From Dudresnaya verticillata (lineage: Eukaryota), in assembly GCA_977862235.1 (NCBI GenBank), contig OZ374559.1, positions 186,001 to 250,000 on the forward strand: a stretch of DNA of 64,000 nucleotides, in the 5' to 3' direction. This document shows positions 21,349 to 34,300 of the stretch, piece by piece. The number at the start of each line of letters is the position of its first letter. Position 1 is the stretch's first letter. Under the pieces are notes generated by a model. It was not told the DNA's origin. It made no database searches and was given only the letters and a program-made list of their open reading frames with translations. The position numbers and the translations under genes were made by a program.

Positions 21349-22316
21349 GAGAAGGCGCTGCGGGAAGGACCCCTGGTACCAAAGCGACCTAAGTGAACTT
21401 GCACAAGTCGAAAGGCGGCTCGTTCGTACTCGGAGTACCCCTGCAAAGGGCGAAACGGCTTGCGGCGGGCTTGGTCCATTGCCTGGCGGCTTTGGACGAG
21501 TGCACACCCTTTCTCAGTCCCCCAACGGGCAGCAGGGACTGAGCCGGTGATCGTCGTTGCGACGCGCCGCGTGGGTCTGAGCGCGCATCAACCCAACGGA
21601 ACCTCGGGGCGCAGGCCAGCACTAGAACAACGGTACATCCGGTTTCGGGTGTATCGGTTAAAGAAGAGTGCCTGTGGCCCTCCCGCCAGTGTCCTTGGGG
21701 GCCACGCGACAAGAAAGCTGTGTGTGACCGCTTCTCGGCCTGTGTCACACACGGATCCCCTCGCCTTCTAACGTAAAAACAGTGTTACAGCTGTTTTTAC
21801 GGAATCTTGAAGGAGTTGCTTGGGGCGCCAAGGTCAAGAGATCCTGAGCCCAAACCCGTCGGAGGCGCCGGATCTGAGAAGAGAAGGCCCCAAGGTCTCC
21901 GTGGAGTGCCTGATCGTTCGCATTGGACGACGGGTTCCGGAGTTAGAAGAGGAAGAAGTTCGTCCCCGACAGGCCCTAAGTAGCGGTTACTGGCGCTTGT
22001 CACGGCTCCACTCGCTGAATTTGCCACGTGTAGGCGACGACGGTGGAGCCAGCCTGTCTGATCCAATTCGAATTGGATCTTATCCCAATCTGCTTCCGTG
22101 GAGGCGACCAACCCGATTTCAACACGTGTACATCGTGTACACGTTTCACCCTCAGGGCCACCTCCTGAGCTCATTTCCGAGCTTACTGACACGTTTCTGA
22201 CGTGTACACGTCTTCCACGTATTTCACCAAAACGTTCCAGAACATTCTACAAACTTCAAAAAGTTTCCTGAAAATCCCAAAAACAACAGAAAATCGCCAA
22301 AAAATCCAAAAACAAC

Positions 22317-23414
22317 ATGAATCCCCCGATGAATCCTCCCATTCCCTCCCCTATTGCTGCGGACAGCCCAATGACGGATCACGATCCTACAGTGACCGTT
22401 TCGAAGAAGGACTGGGACCGCATGATGCACATGCTTGAGACTCTCAGTGCGAATCAAGCCGAGCTAAGCAAGACGCAAGCAGTTCTGGTTGGTCAGTTAA
22501 CTCGAGCCAATGACCGCATCCAGGAGCTCGAGGCCGCGAAAGTCCCCCACTCGGATGACGCACCCGCTGCAGCGCCAATTCGACCTGAGCCCGTTGCTTC
22601 TGAGGCCCCACCAGCGGTACGCAAAACCGGCGCTTTTCAGTACAAGATCAAAGCTCCGAAGCCAGCGGCCGCCGCACCTGTGCCGCCTCGTCCTCAGTCC
22701 AACAAGGCTGCCTCCCCGAAAAAGAGTTGGGCACAAATCGCTGCCGCGCCCCGCCCTCGTCTCTCTGACGTCTCCGAGAACTCGCAGGAGGGTGTCCGCA
22801 AGTGCTTAGAGTTGCTCGAAATATCGACTCCGCAGCCGAAGCCGACGGCCGTTTACTTCCGAAATATCAAGCGGGCCCGCCTTGGCAAAGTCCGCACAGC
22901 CTTGAGGTACATGCTTCCTCACCCATGGTCCATCCTCGGTCTTTCCTTCATCGGACAGTCTGTCATTGAAATCGTTTGCCATGAAGGTTTGGTGGACCAA
23001 ATTGTCGCCAAGCTGCGCATCATAGGCACAATTCACATCAAGAATTTCGACCTTTTCGGCGACAACCTGAAGAAGTCGAACGATCGCACCAAGCAGGATC
23101 GTGCAGTTTCCAATCTGGAGAAAGCGCAATCCCGCCTCCAACGGCTGGTGGACACGTGTGTCAACCCAGCTGCCAAGGCTTGGTACACTCAAAATCTTCA
23201 GAAAGCTGAGCAACGCATTGCCGAAGTGTACAACGTTGCCCATGATGTGGAGTCCTCGGACTCCGAGGACAGCGGATATGATTCTGCGGATCTTGTTGAC
23301 GGCACTGCTGACTCGCCTGACTTGTCCGCCGACCCCATGGCCGTCGACACGACCACCCCCGACACCCCCCAAACCGACCCGCACCCGGCGCACGAGGCGC
23401 CAAGTTCGAATTGA
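22317..23414 (+). CDS. LINE ORF1, array unit 2
   Basis: Identical 365-aa ORF1, offset 3,967 bp. Confidence 0.9.
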   Translation: MNPPMNPPIPSPIAADSPMTDHDPTVTVSKKDWDRMMHMLETLSANQAELSKTQAVLVGQLTRANDRIQELEAAKVPHSDDAPAAAPIRPEPVASEAPPAVRKTGAFQYKIKAPKPAAAAPVPPRPQSNKAASPKKSWAQIAAAPRPRLSDVSENSQEGVRKCLELLEISTPQPKPTAVYFRNIKRARLGKVRTALRYMLPHPWSILGLSFIGQSVIEIVCHEGLVDQIVAKLRIIGTIHIKNFDLFGDNLKKSNDRTKQDRAVSNLEKAQSRLQRLVDTCVNPAAKAWYTQNLQKAEQRIAEVYNVAHDVESSDSEDSGYDSADLVDGTADSPDLSADPMAVDTTTPDTPQTDPHPAHEAPSSN

Positions 23415-25315
23415 GTTGCCGATCTGCACCCTTAGAATCTGAAAAGTTGTCTCTGGCAACGTTTAACGTCCATGGCGTTCAAGGGAAAGAAGCCGAAGTC
23501 GAGGCCTTGGCATCCACCGTCCACATCCTTGGTCTCTGTGAAACCTGGATTCGTCCTCAGGATCTCCGAGCTTCACGGCAATTCGACGAGTCCGTCTCCG
23601 TCGTTCAAGATCATGGTGGGTGGCGCGGACAAGGTGGGGTGGCTCTGAAGGTTGCCCCCCTTGTGAACTACTCTGTGATTCTCCGCCATTCTCAAATCGA
23701 CTATCAAGTTTTAGCAATCCGGGTTGGGGGAACCCATATCGCCATGATATACCTCCGCCCCCATCTACAGAAGACCACCTTCTTTGATTGTCTGGACCGC
23801 GTACAGTCCTCCACTCGCGGTAAGACAGTCATCATGGGCGACTTCAATGCCCGTCACACACGTTGGGACACTACTTCGAACCAACATGGTAAATGGTTGG
23901 TTGAATGGACGACCGCGCATCGTTGGTGCGTCCACGCCCCGCCCTCACCAACGTTTGCAGCTCATCAAGGCACCAGTACTGTTGACCTCTTCCTTACTAA
24001 GGGTGTTGACATCCCGGATGCCAAAATTCATTCCGGTCTGTGGGATGGCGCCAGTGATCATTCTGCAGTTCGAGCAAACATTGTGGACACCCCCGTTTAC
24101 AAACTTGGCATACCCCGCATACCCCAAAGTCAACGTCGCCAGCCGACCTTTCTTCGTCAGGCAGCCGATCTCTATCGTCAAGAGATTCCGAACACTGCCC
24201 GTGAAATCACGTCGTGCACAACATCGCAAGAATTGGAGGACGCGTATTCGCGGCTGAAAGCCCTGACTTTGCAACCTTGGGAGTCTGCTCGCAAACATCG
24301 TCCCCATCGTTACAAGTACTTTTGGGACGGGCACCTCGATCATCTGAAGAAATTGCGGTCGAAGAAGTACAAACAAGCCACTCAACTCATGACGTCGGAG
24401 GCTTGGGAACAGTACAAGACCCTCAATCGACGGGTTCGCGCACTTGTGCATCGCAATAAACGGCGATCCAAGTTGCGTTTGACAGAAGCTCTCCTGTCCT
24501 CCGACCCTACTGATGGTCCCAAAATGGTTAAGGCCGTGCTCCGAAACGCATCCGGCCCACTTGGTTCTCGGAGAGACCAACCAATTGGGAAGTTGGACCT
24601 GGCCAACTTTACAAAACACCTCGCGACAGGGGCTGGAAAAGGACATATTCCGCCCATTGTGCCCTTCGAAACTTCCCGAAACTTCGAATCTCACGTTTTC
24701 CGTGCTATAGTCAAGGCCAAACCGAAGAAGGCCACAGGCACGGATGAAGTCTTCAGCGAAGCATTCAAGGTCGCCCCAAAGTCCTTTGCGCATGTCTTGG
24801 GACTCTTTTGGGTGAAATGCAGTCAGCTCGGGTACCTATTGCAAGATTGGCAAACATCCCTGCTGGTGCCAATTTACAAACGGGGTCCCAAATCGGACCC
24901 AACCAGCTATCGACCGATTGCGCTAGTGTCGCACGGACGACAAATGCTTTCAAAGGCAATCGCGTCTATGATTCGTAAGGAGTACCAGTTTCATCCGACT
25001 CAGTTGGGGTTCCGTGAGAAAACTGGTACCGAAACCGCCATCTTAAGGCATGCAGCCAGCACAAAAGCTGGATTCCGGTACACGGCCGTGCTCGACTTGA
25101 AGTCGGCATACGATACAGTACCCCGCGAGCGGTTGATGTCGAAAGTGAATCAGAAGATGTCACCTACCACGGCGGCAATGGTCGCTCTGGAGTTACAACC
25201 AGCAACAGTAGTTACCAAGGGCGATATCACCGGCACCACTGCAATTGTGTCGCGGGGTGTGCCTCAAGGCGTGTCTTCGAGTCCGACTTTGTACAATGTC
25301 ACACAACGAATTTGA
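23411..25315 (+). pseudogene. LINE ORF2, 3'-truncated (634 aa); unit 2
   Basis: Same truncation as unit 1. Confidence 0.92.
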
Positions 25316-26283
25316 GAGAAGGCGCTGCGGGAAGGACCCCTGGTACCAAAGCGACCTAAGTGAACTTGCACAAGTCGAAAGGCGGCTCGTTCGTACTCGG
25401 AGTACCCCTGCAAAGGGCGAAACGGCTTGCGGCGGGCTTGGTCCATTGCCTGGCGGCTTTGGACGAGTGCACACCCTTTCTCAGTCCCCCAACGGGCAGC
25501 AGGGACTGAGCCGGTGATCGTCGTTGCGACGCGCCGCGTGGGTCTGAGCGCGCATCAACCCAACGGAACCTCGGGGCGCAGGCCAGCACTAGAACAACGG
25601 TACATCCGGTTTCGGGTGTATCGGTTAAAGAAGAGTGCCTGTGGCCCTCCCGCCAGTGTCCTTGGGGGCCACGCGACAAGAAAGCTGTGTGTGACCGCTT
25701 CTCGGCCTGTGTCACACACGGATCCCCTCGCCTTCTAACGTAAAAACAGTGTTACAGCTGTTTTTACGGAATCTTGAAGGAGTTGCTTGGGGCGCCAAGG
25801 TCAAGAGATCCTGAGCCCAAACCCGTCGGAGGCGCCGGATCTGAGAAGAGAAGGCCCCAAGGTCTCCGTGGAGTGCCTGATCGTTCGCATTGGACGACGG
25901 GTTCCGGAGTTAGAAGAGGAAGAAGTTCGTCCCCGACAGGCCCTAAGTAGCGGTTACTGGCGCTTGTCACGGCTCCACTCGCTGAATTTGCCACGTGTAG
26001 GCGACGACGGTGGAGCCAGCCTGTCTGATCCAATTCGAATTGGATCTTATCCCAATCTGCTTCCGTGGAGGCGACCAACCCGATTTCAACACGTGTACAT
26101 CGTGTACACGTTTCACCCTCAGGGCCACCTCCTGAGCTCATTTCCGAGCTTACTGACACGTTTCTGACGTGTACACGTCTTCCACGTATTTCACCAAAAC
26201 GTTCCAGAACATTCTACAAACTTCAAAAAGTTTCCTGAAAATCCCAAAAACAACAGAAAATCGCCAAAAAATCCAAAAACAAC

Positions 26284-27381
26284 ATGAATCCCCCGATGAA
26301 TCCTCCCATTCCCTCCCCTATTGCTGCGGACAGCCCAATGACGGATCACGATCCTACAGTGACCGTTTCGAAGAAGGACTGGGACCGCATGATGCACATG
26401 CTTGAGACTCTCAGTGCGAATCAAGCCGAGCTAAGCAAGACGCAAGCAGTTCTGGTTGGTCAGTTAACTCGAGCCAATGACCGCATCCAGGAGCTCGAGG
26501 CCGCGAAAGTCCCCCACTCGGATGACGCACCCGCTGCAGCGCCAATTCGACCTGAGCCCGTTGCTTCTGAGGCCCCACCAGCGGTACGCAAAACCGGCGC
26601 TTTTCAGTACAAGATCAAAGCTCCGAAGCCAGCGGCCGCCGCACCTGTGCCGCCTCGTCCTCAGTCCAACAAGGCTGCCTCCCCGAAAAAGAGTTGGGCA
26701 CAAATCGCTGCCGCGCCCCGCCCTCGTCTCTCTGACGTCTCCGAGAACTCGCAGGAGGGTGTCCGCAAGTGCTTAGAGTTGCTCGAAATATCGACTCCGC
26801 AGCCGAAGCCGACGGCCGTTTACTTCCGAAATATCAAGCGGGCCCGCCTTGGCAAAGTCCGCACAGCCTTGAGGTACATGCTTCCTCACCCATGGTCCAT
26901 CCTCGGTCTTTCCTTCATCGGACAGTCTGTCATTGAAATCGTTTGCCATGAAGGTTTGGTGGACCAAATTGTCGCCAAGCTGCGCATCATAGGCACAATT
27001 CACATCAAGAATTTCGACCTTTTCGGCGACAACCTGAAGAAGTCGAACGATCGCACCAAGCAGGATCGTGCAGTTTCCAATCTGGAGAAAGCGCAATCCC
27101 GCCTCCAACGGCTGGTGGACACGTGTGTCAACCCAGCTGCCAAGGCTTGGTACACTCAAAATCTTCAGAAAGCTGAGCAACGCATTGCCGAAGTGTACAA
27201 CGTTGCCCATGATGTGGAGTCCTCGGACTCCGAGGACAGCGGATATGATTCTGCGGATCTTGTTGACGGCACTGCTGACTCGCCTGACTTGTCCGCCGAC
27301 CCCATGGCCGTCGACACGACCACCCCCGACACCCCCCAAACCGACCCGCACCCGGCGCACGAGGCGCCAAGTTCGAATTGA
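26284..27381 (+). CDS. LINE ORF1, array unit 3
   Basis: Identical 365-aa ORF1. Confidence 0.9.
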   Translation: MNPPMNPPIPSPIAADSPMTDHDPTVTVSKKDWDRMMHMLETLSANQAELSKTQAVLVGQLTRANDRIQELEAAKVPHSDDAPAAAPIRPEPVASEAPPAVRKTGAFQYKIKAPKPAAAAPVPPRPQSNKAASPKKSWAQIAAAPRPRLSDVSENSQEGVRKCLELLEISTPQPKPTAVYFRNIKRARLGKVRTALRYMLPHPWSILGLSFIGQSVIEIVCHEGLVDQIVAKLRIIGTIHIKNFDLFGDNLKKSNDRTKQDRAVSNLEKAQSRLQRLVDTCVNPAAKAWYTQNLQKAEQRIAEVYNVAHDVESSDSEDSGYDSADLVDGTADSPDLSADPMAVDTTTPDTPQTDPHPAHEAPSSN

Positions 27382-29282
27382 GTTGCCGATCTGCACCCTT
27401 AGAATCTGAAAAGTTGTCTCTGGCAACGTTTAACGTCCATGGCGTTCAAGGGAAAGAAGCCGAAGTCGAGGCCTTGGCATCCACCGTCCACATCCTTGGT
27501 CTCTGTGAAACCTGGATTCGTCCTCAGGATCTCCGAGCTTCACGGCAATTCGACGAGTCCGTCTCCGTCGTTCAAGATCATGGTGGGTGGCGCGGACAAG
27601 GTGGGGTGGCTCTGAAGGTTGCCCCCCTTGTGAACTACTCTGTGATTCTCCGCCATTCTCAAATCGACTATCAAGTTTTAGCAATCCGGGTTGGGGGAAC
27701 CCATATCGCCATGATATACCTCCGCCCCCATCTACAGAAGACCACCTTCTTTGATTGTCTGGACCGCGTACAGTCCTCCACTCGCGGTAAGACAGTCATC
27801 ATGGGCGACTTCAATGCCCGTCACACACGTTGGGACACTACTTCGAACCAACATGGTAAATGGTTGGTTGAATGGACGACCGCGCATCGTTGGTGCGTCC
27901 ACGCCCCGCCCTCACCAACGTTTGCAGCTCATCAAGGCACCAGTACTGTTGACCTCTTCCTTACTAAGGGTGTTGACATCCCGGATGCCAAAATTCATTC
28001 CGGTCTGTGGGATGGCGCCAGTGATCATTCTGCAGTTCGAGCAAACATTGTGGACACCCCCGTTTACAAACTTGGCATACCCCGCATACCCCAAAGTCAA
28101 CGTCGCCAGCCGACCTTTCTTCGTCAGGCAGCCGATCTCTATCGTCAAGAGATTCCGAACACTGCCCGTGAAATCACGTCGTGCACAACATCGCAAGAAT
28201 TGGAGGACGCGTATTCGCGGCTGAAAGCCCTGACTTTGCAACCTTGGGAGTCTGCTCGCAAACATCGTCCCCATCGTTACAAGTACTTTTGGGACGGGCA
28301 CCTCGATCATCTGAAGAAATTGCGGTCGAAGAAGTACAAACAAGCCACTCAACTCATGACGTCGGAGGCTTGGGAACAGTACAAGACCCTCAATCGACGG
28401 GTTCGCGCACTTGTGCATCGCAATAAACGGCGATCCAAGTTGCGTTTGACAGAAGCTCTCCTGTCCTCCGACCCTACTGATGGTCCCAAAATGGTTAAGG
28501 CCGTGCTCCGAAACGCATCCGGCCCACTTGGTTCTCGGAGAGACCAACCAATTGGGAAGTTGGACCTGGCCAACTTTACAAAACACCTCGCGACAGGGGC
28601 TGGAAAAGGACATATTCCGCCCATTGTGCCCTTCGAAACTTCCCGAAACTTCGAATCTCACGTTTTCCGTGCTATAGTCAAGGCCAAACCGAAGAAGGCC
28701 ACAGGCACGGATGAAGTCTTCAGCGAAGCATTCAAGGTCGCCCCAAAGTCCTTTGCGCATGTCTTGGGACTCTTTTGGGTGAAATGCAGTCAGCTCGGGT
28801 ACCTATTGCAAGATTGGCAAACATCCCTGCTGGTGCCAATTTACAAACGGGGTCCCAAATCGGACCCAACCAGCTATCGACCGATTGCGCTAGTGTCGCA
28901 CGGACGACAAATGCTTTCAAAGGCAATCGCGTCTATGATTCGTAAGGAGTACCAGTTTCATCCGACTCAGTTGGGGTTCCGTGAGAAAACTGGTACCGAA
29001 ACCGCCATCTTAAGGCATGCAGCCAGCACAAAAGCTGGATTCCGGTACACGGCCGTGCTCGACTTGAAGTCGGCATACGATACAGTACCCCGCGAGCGGT
29101 TGATGTCGAAAGTGAATCAGAAGATGTCACCTACCACGGCGGCAATGGTCGCTCTGGAGTTACAACCAGCAACAGTAGTTACCAAGGGCGATATCACCGG
29201 CACCACTGCAATTGTGTCGCGGGGTGTGCCTCAAGGCGTGTCTTCGAGTCCGACTTTGTACAATGTCACACAACGAATTTGA
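27378..29282 (+). pseudogene. LINE ORF2, 3'-truncated (634 aa); unit 3
   Basis: Same truncation as unit 1. Confidence 0.92.
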
Positions 29283-30250
29283 GAGAAGGCGCTGCGGGAA
29301 GGACCCCTGGTACCAAAGCGACCTAAGTGAACTTGCACAAGTCGAAAGGCGGCTCGTTCGTACTCGGAGTACCCCTGCAAAGGGCGAAACGGCTTGCGGC
29401 GGGCTTGGTCCATTGCCTGGCGGCTTTGGACGAGTGCACACCCTTTCTCAGTCCCCCAACGGGCAGCAGGGACTGAGCCGGTGATCGTCGTTGCGACGCG
29501 CCGCGTGGGTCTGAGCGCGCATCAACCCAACGGAACCTCGGGGCGCAGGCCAGCACTAGAACAACGGTACATCCGGTTTCGGGTGTATCGGTTAAAGAAG
29601 AGTGCCTGTGGCCCTCCCGCCAGTGTCCTTGGGGGCCACGCGACAAGAAAGCTGTGTGTGACCGCTTCTCGGCCTGTGTCACACACGGATCCCCTCGCCT
29701 TCTAACGTAAAAACAGTGTTACAGCTGTTTTTACGGAATCTTGAAGGAGTTGCTTGGGGCGCCAAGGTCAAGAGATCCTGAGCCCAAACCCGTCGGAGGC
29801 GCCGGATCTGAGAAGAGAAGGCCCCAAGGTCTCCGTGGAGTGCCTGATCGTTCGCATTGGACGACGGGTTCCGGAGTTAGAAGAGGAAGAAGTTCGTCCC
29901 CGACAGGCCCTAAGTAGCGGTTACTGGCGCTTGTCACGGCTCCACTCGCTGAATTTGCCACGTGTAGGCGACGACGGTGGAGCCAGCCTGTCTGATCCAA
30001 TTCGAATTGGATCTTATCCCAATCTGCTTCCGTGGAGGCGACCAACCCGATTTCAACACGTGTACATCGTGTACACGTTTCACCCTCAGGGCCACCTCCT
30101 GAGCTCATTTCCGAGCTTACTGACACGTTTCTGACGTGTACACGTCTTCCACGTATTTCACCAAAACGTTCCAGAACATTCTACAAACTTCAAAAAGTTT
30201 CCTGAAAATCCCAAAAACAACAGAAAATCGCCAAAAAATCCAAAAACAAC

Positions 30251-31348
30251 ATGAATCCCCCGATGAATCCTCCCATTCCCTCCCCTATTGCTGCGGACAG
30301 CCCAATGACGGATCACGATCCTACAGTGACCGTTTCGAAGAAGGACTGGGACCGCATGATGCACATGCTTGAGACTCTCAGTGCGAATCAAGCCGAGCTA
30401 AGCAAGACGCAAGCAGTTCTGGTTGGTCAGTTAACTCGAGCCAATGACCGCATCCAGGAGCTCGAGGCCGCGAAAGTCCCCCACTCGGATGACGCACCCG
30501 CTGCAGCGCCAATTCGACCTGAGCCCGTTGCTTCTGAGGCCCCACCAGCGGTACGCAAAACCGGCGCTTTTCAGTACAAGATCAAAGCTCCGAAGCCAGC
30601 GGCCGCCGCACCTGTGCCGCCTCGTCCTCAGTCCAACAAGGCTGCCTCCCCGAAAAAGAGTTGGGCACAAATCGCTGCCGCGCCCCGCCCTCGTCTCTCT
30701 GACGTCTCCGAGAACTCGCAGGAGGGTGTCCGCAAGTGCTTAGAGTTGCTCGAAATATCGACTCCGCAGCCGAAGCCGACGGCCGTTTACTTCCGAAATA
30801 TCAAGCGGGCCCGCCTTGGCAAAGTCCGCACAGCCTTGAGGTACATGCTTCCTCACCCATGGTCCATCCTCGGTCTTTCCTTCATCGGACAGTCTGTCAT
30901 TGAAATCGTTTGCCATGAAGGTTTGGTGGACCAAATTGTCGCCAAGCTGCGCATCATAGGCACAATTCACATCAAGAATTTCGACCTTTTCGGCGACAAC
31001 CTGAAGAAGTCGAACGATCGCACCAAGCAGGATCGTGCAGTTTCCAATCTGGAGAAAGCGCAATCCCGCCTCCAACGGCTGGTGGACACGTGTGTCAACC
31101 CAGCTGCCAAGGCTTGGTACACTCAAAATCTTCAGAAAGCTGAGCAACGCATTGCCGAAGTGTACAACGTTGCCCATGATGTGGAGTCCTCGGACTCCGA
31201 GGACAGCGGATATGATTCTGCGGATCTTGTTGACGGCACTGCTGACTCGCCTGACTTGTCCGCCGACCCCATGGCCGTCGACACGACCACCCCCGACACC
31301 CCCCAAACCGACCCGCACCCGGCGCACGAGGCGCCAAGTTCGAATTGA
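30251..31348 (+). CDS. LINE ORF1, full-length unit 4
   Basis: Identical 365-aa ORF1. Confidence 0.9.
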   Translation: MNPPMNPPIPSPIAADSPMTDHDPTVTVSKKDWDRMMHMLETLSANQAELSKTQAVLVGQLTRANDRIQELEAAKVPHSDDAPAAAPIRPEPVASEAPPAVRKTGAFQYKIKAPKPAAAAPVPPRPQSNKAASPKKSWAQIAAAPRPRLSDVSENSQEGVRKCLELLEISTPQPKPTAVYFRNIKRARLGKVRTALRYMLPHPWSILGLSFIGQSVIEIVCHEGLVDQIVAKLRIIGTIHIKNFDLFGDNLKKSNDRTKQDRAVSNLEKAQSRLQRLVDTCVNPAAKAWYTQNLQKAEQRIAEVYNVAHDVESSDSEDSGYDSADLVDGTADSPDLSADPMAVDTTTPDTPQTDPHPAHEAPSSN

Positions 31349-34300
31349 GTTGCCGATCTGCACCCTTAGAATCTGAAAAGTTGTCTCTGGCAACGTTTAA
31401 CGTCCATGGCGTTCAAGGGAAAGAAGCCGAAGTCGAGGCCTTGGCATCCACCGTCCACATCCTTGGTCTCTGTGAAACCTGGATTCGTCCTCAGGATCTC
31501 CGAGCTTCACGGCAATTCGACGAGTCCGTCTCCGTCGTTCAAGATCATGGTGGGTGGCGCGGACAAGGTGGGGTGGCTCTGAAGGTTGCCCCCCTTGTGA
31601 ACTACTCTGTGATTCTCCGCCATTCTCAAATCGACTATCAAGTTTTAGCAATCCGGGTTGGGGGAACCCATATCGCCATGATATACCTCCGCCCCCATCT
31701 ACAGAAGACCACCTTCTTTGATTGTCTGGACCGCGTACAGTCCTCCACTCGCGGTAAGACAGTCATCATGGGCGACTTCAATGCCCGTCACACACGTTGG
31801 GACACTACTTCGAACCAACATGGTAAATGGTTGGTTGAATGGACGACCGCGCATCGTTGGTGCGTCCACGCCCCGCCCTCACCAACGTTTGCAGCTCATC
31901 AAGGCACCAGTACTGTTGACCTCTTCCTTACTAAGGGTGTTGACATCCCGGATGCCAAAATTCATTCCGGTCTGTGGGATGGCGCCAGTGATCATTCTGC
32001 AGTTCGAGCAAACATTGTGGACACCCCCGTTTACAAACTTGGCATACCCCGCATACCCCAAAGTCAACGTCGCCAGCCGACCTTTCTTCGTCAGGCAGCC
32101 GATCTCTATCGTCAAGAGATTCCGAACACTGCCCGTGAAATCACGTCGTGCACAACATCGCAAGAATTGGAGGACGCGTATTCGCGGCTGAAAGCCCTGA
32201 CTTTGCAACCTTGGGAGTCTGCTCGCAAACATCGTCCCCATCGTTACAAGTACTTTTGGGACGGGCACCTCGATCATCTGAAGAAATTGCGGTCGAAGAA
32301 GTACAAACAAGCCACTCAACTCATGACGTCGGAGGCTTGGGAACAGTACAAGACCCTCAATCGACGGGTTCGCGCACTTGTGCATCGCAATAAACGGCGA
32401 TCCAAGTTGCGTTTGACAGAAGCTCTCCTGTCCTCCGACCCTACTGATGGTCCCAAAATGGTTAAGGCCGTGCTCCGAAACGCATCCGGCCCACTTGGTT
32501 CTCGGAGAGACCAACCAATTGGGAAGTTGGACCTGGCCAACTTTACAAAACACCTCGCGACAGGGGCTGGAAAAGGACATATTCCGCCCATTGTGCCCTT
32601 CGAAACTTCCCGAAACTTCGAATCTCACGTTTTCCGTGCTATAGTCAAGGCCAAACCGAAGAAGGCCACAGGCACGGATGAAGTCTTCAGCGAAGCATTC
32701 AAGGTCGCCCCAAAGTCCTTTGCGCATGTCTTGGGACTCTTTTGGGTGAAATGCAGTCAGCTCGGGTACCTATTGCAAGATTGGCAAACATCCCTGCTGG
32801 TGCCAATTTACAAACGGGGTCCCAAATCGGACCCAACCAGCTATCGACCGATTGCGCTAGTGTCGCACGGACGACAAATGCTTTCAAAGGCAATCGCGTC
32901 TATGATTCGTAAGGAGTACCAGTTTCATCCGACTCAGTTGGGGTTCCGTGAGAAAACTGGTACCGAAACCGCCATCTTAAGGCATGCAGCCAGCACAAAA
33001 GCTGGATTCCGGTACACGGCCGTGCTCGACTTGAAGTCGGCATACGATACAGTACCCCGCGAGCGGTTGATGTCGAAAGTGAATCAGAAGATGTCACCTA
33101 CCACGGCGGCAATGGTCGCTCTGGAGTTACAACCAGCAACAGTAGTTACCAAGGGCGATATCACCGGCACCACTGCAATTGTGTCGCGGGGTGTGCCTCA
33201 AGGCGTGTCTTCGAGTCCGACTTTGTACAATGTCAACATGGACTCGTATCCTGAGTTCATGGATTTGTCAATGTCGGCCTCCGAAAGTGCTGAAGAAATC
33301 GACATTACGATCTTTGCTGACGACGTCAAGCTCCGATCCAAGACTAGTACCGGCCTCCAAACGGCCTTAGATGCGTCCACGAAATGGGCTGATCTTGAAG
33401 GTATGCAGTGGGGAACTTCAAAATGCCATGTTTTGGAGCCCGAAAACTGCACCAAACGAGCAATGTACTACCTGAATGGTCAGAAAATTGACGTGGTAGA
33501 CACTGCAAAGTACCTGGGAGTGACTCTGAAAGGTACCAAACTGGCACCTGACAAGAATTTGGAACGAGTTAAGGCGGCTCATCAACGCCTAAACTTACTC
33601 AAGGCGGTCGGCGTACACCGCAAATATGTGCCTAGCGCACGACTTGTGGACATCTGCCGCACGTATATCTACCCAGTTGCGGACTTTAGCACCCATTTGA
33701 TGCCGATCGACACGGCCGGCAAGTGCGATTTGAGTCATCAACTCGAGTTGCTGGACTACAAAGTGGCAGAATTTGCACTTGGGTGCATTGCCAAAGAGCC
33801 TATGTGGCCTCGCAGTGGCCGCATCCGCGGGCGCCTACCACGTCATTTGAAGATGGCCAAGCTGCCGGACTGGTTGCAGCGTATCCGTCTGCGCCTTCGC
33901 AGTCTTGGTAAACGCCTTACAAAACGAGCTCACCGCAACCGTGGCGACGTGCTCGCCATGACAGATATGTTAGAATTCCGAAGTTTCCGGGCGCAGAATA
34001 AGAGTCCTCTGGACATGAGGAACCAGGATCTCCGTGATTCGTGGGAGGGCCTGTGTCGCCAACGTCGGCGGCGCATTCCAGTTCCCGACTCTGGATTCGT
34101 TCCGATTCTACACATTAGGGATCGTAAGCTGCGAGATGCCGGGATTCGATGGTATTGTGGGTCATTTCCCGGAAAACCGGATGTCCTCAAGACTCGACTT
34201 GGTCCCGAGGTCTACAGGTTGCACAAAGCCCGAATTGAGTCTGGATTGAGTGTGAAGCGTTGGAATGCGGGCGTGCAAGCCCGACTCCTAGATAGTCTGA

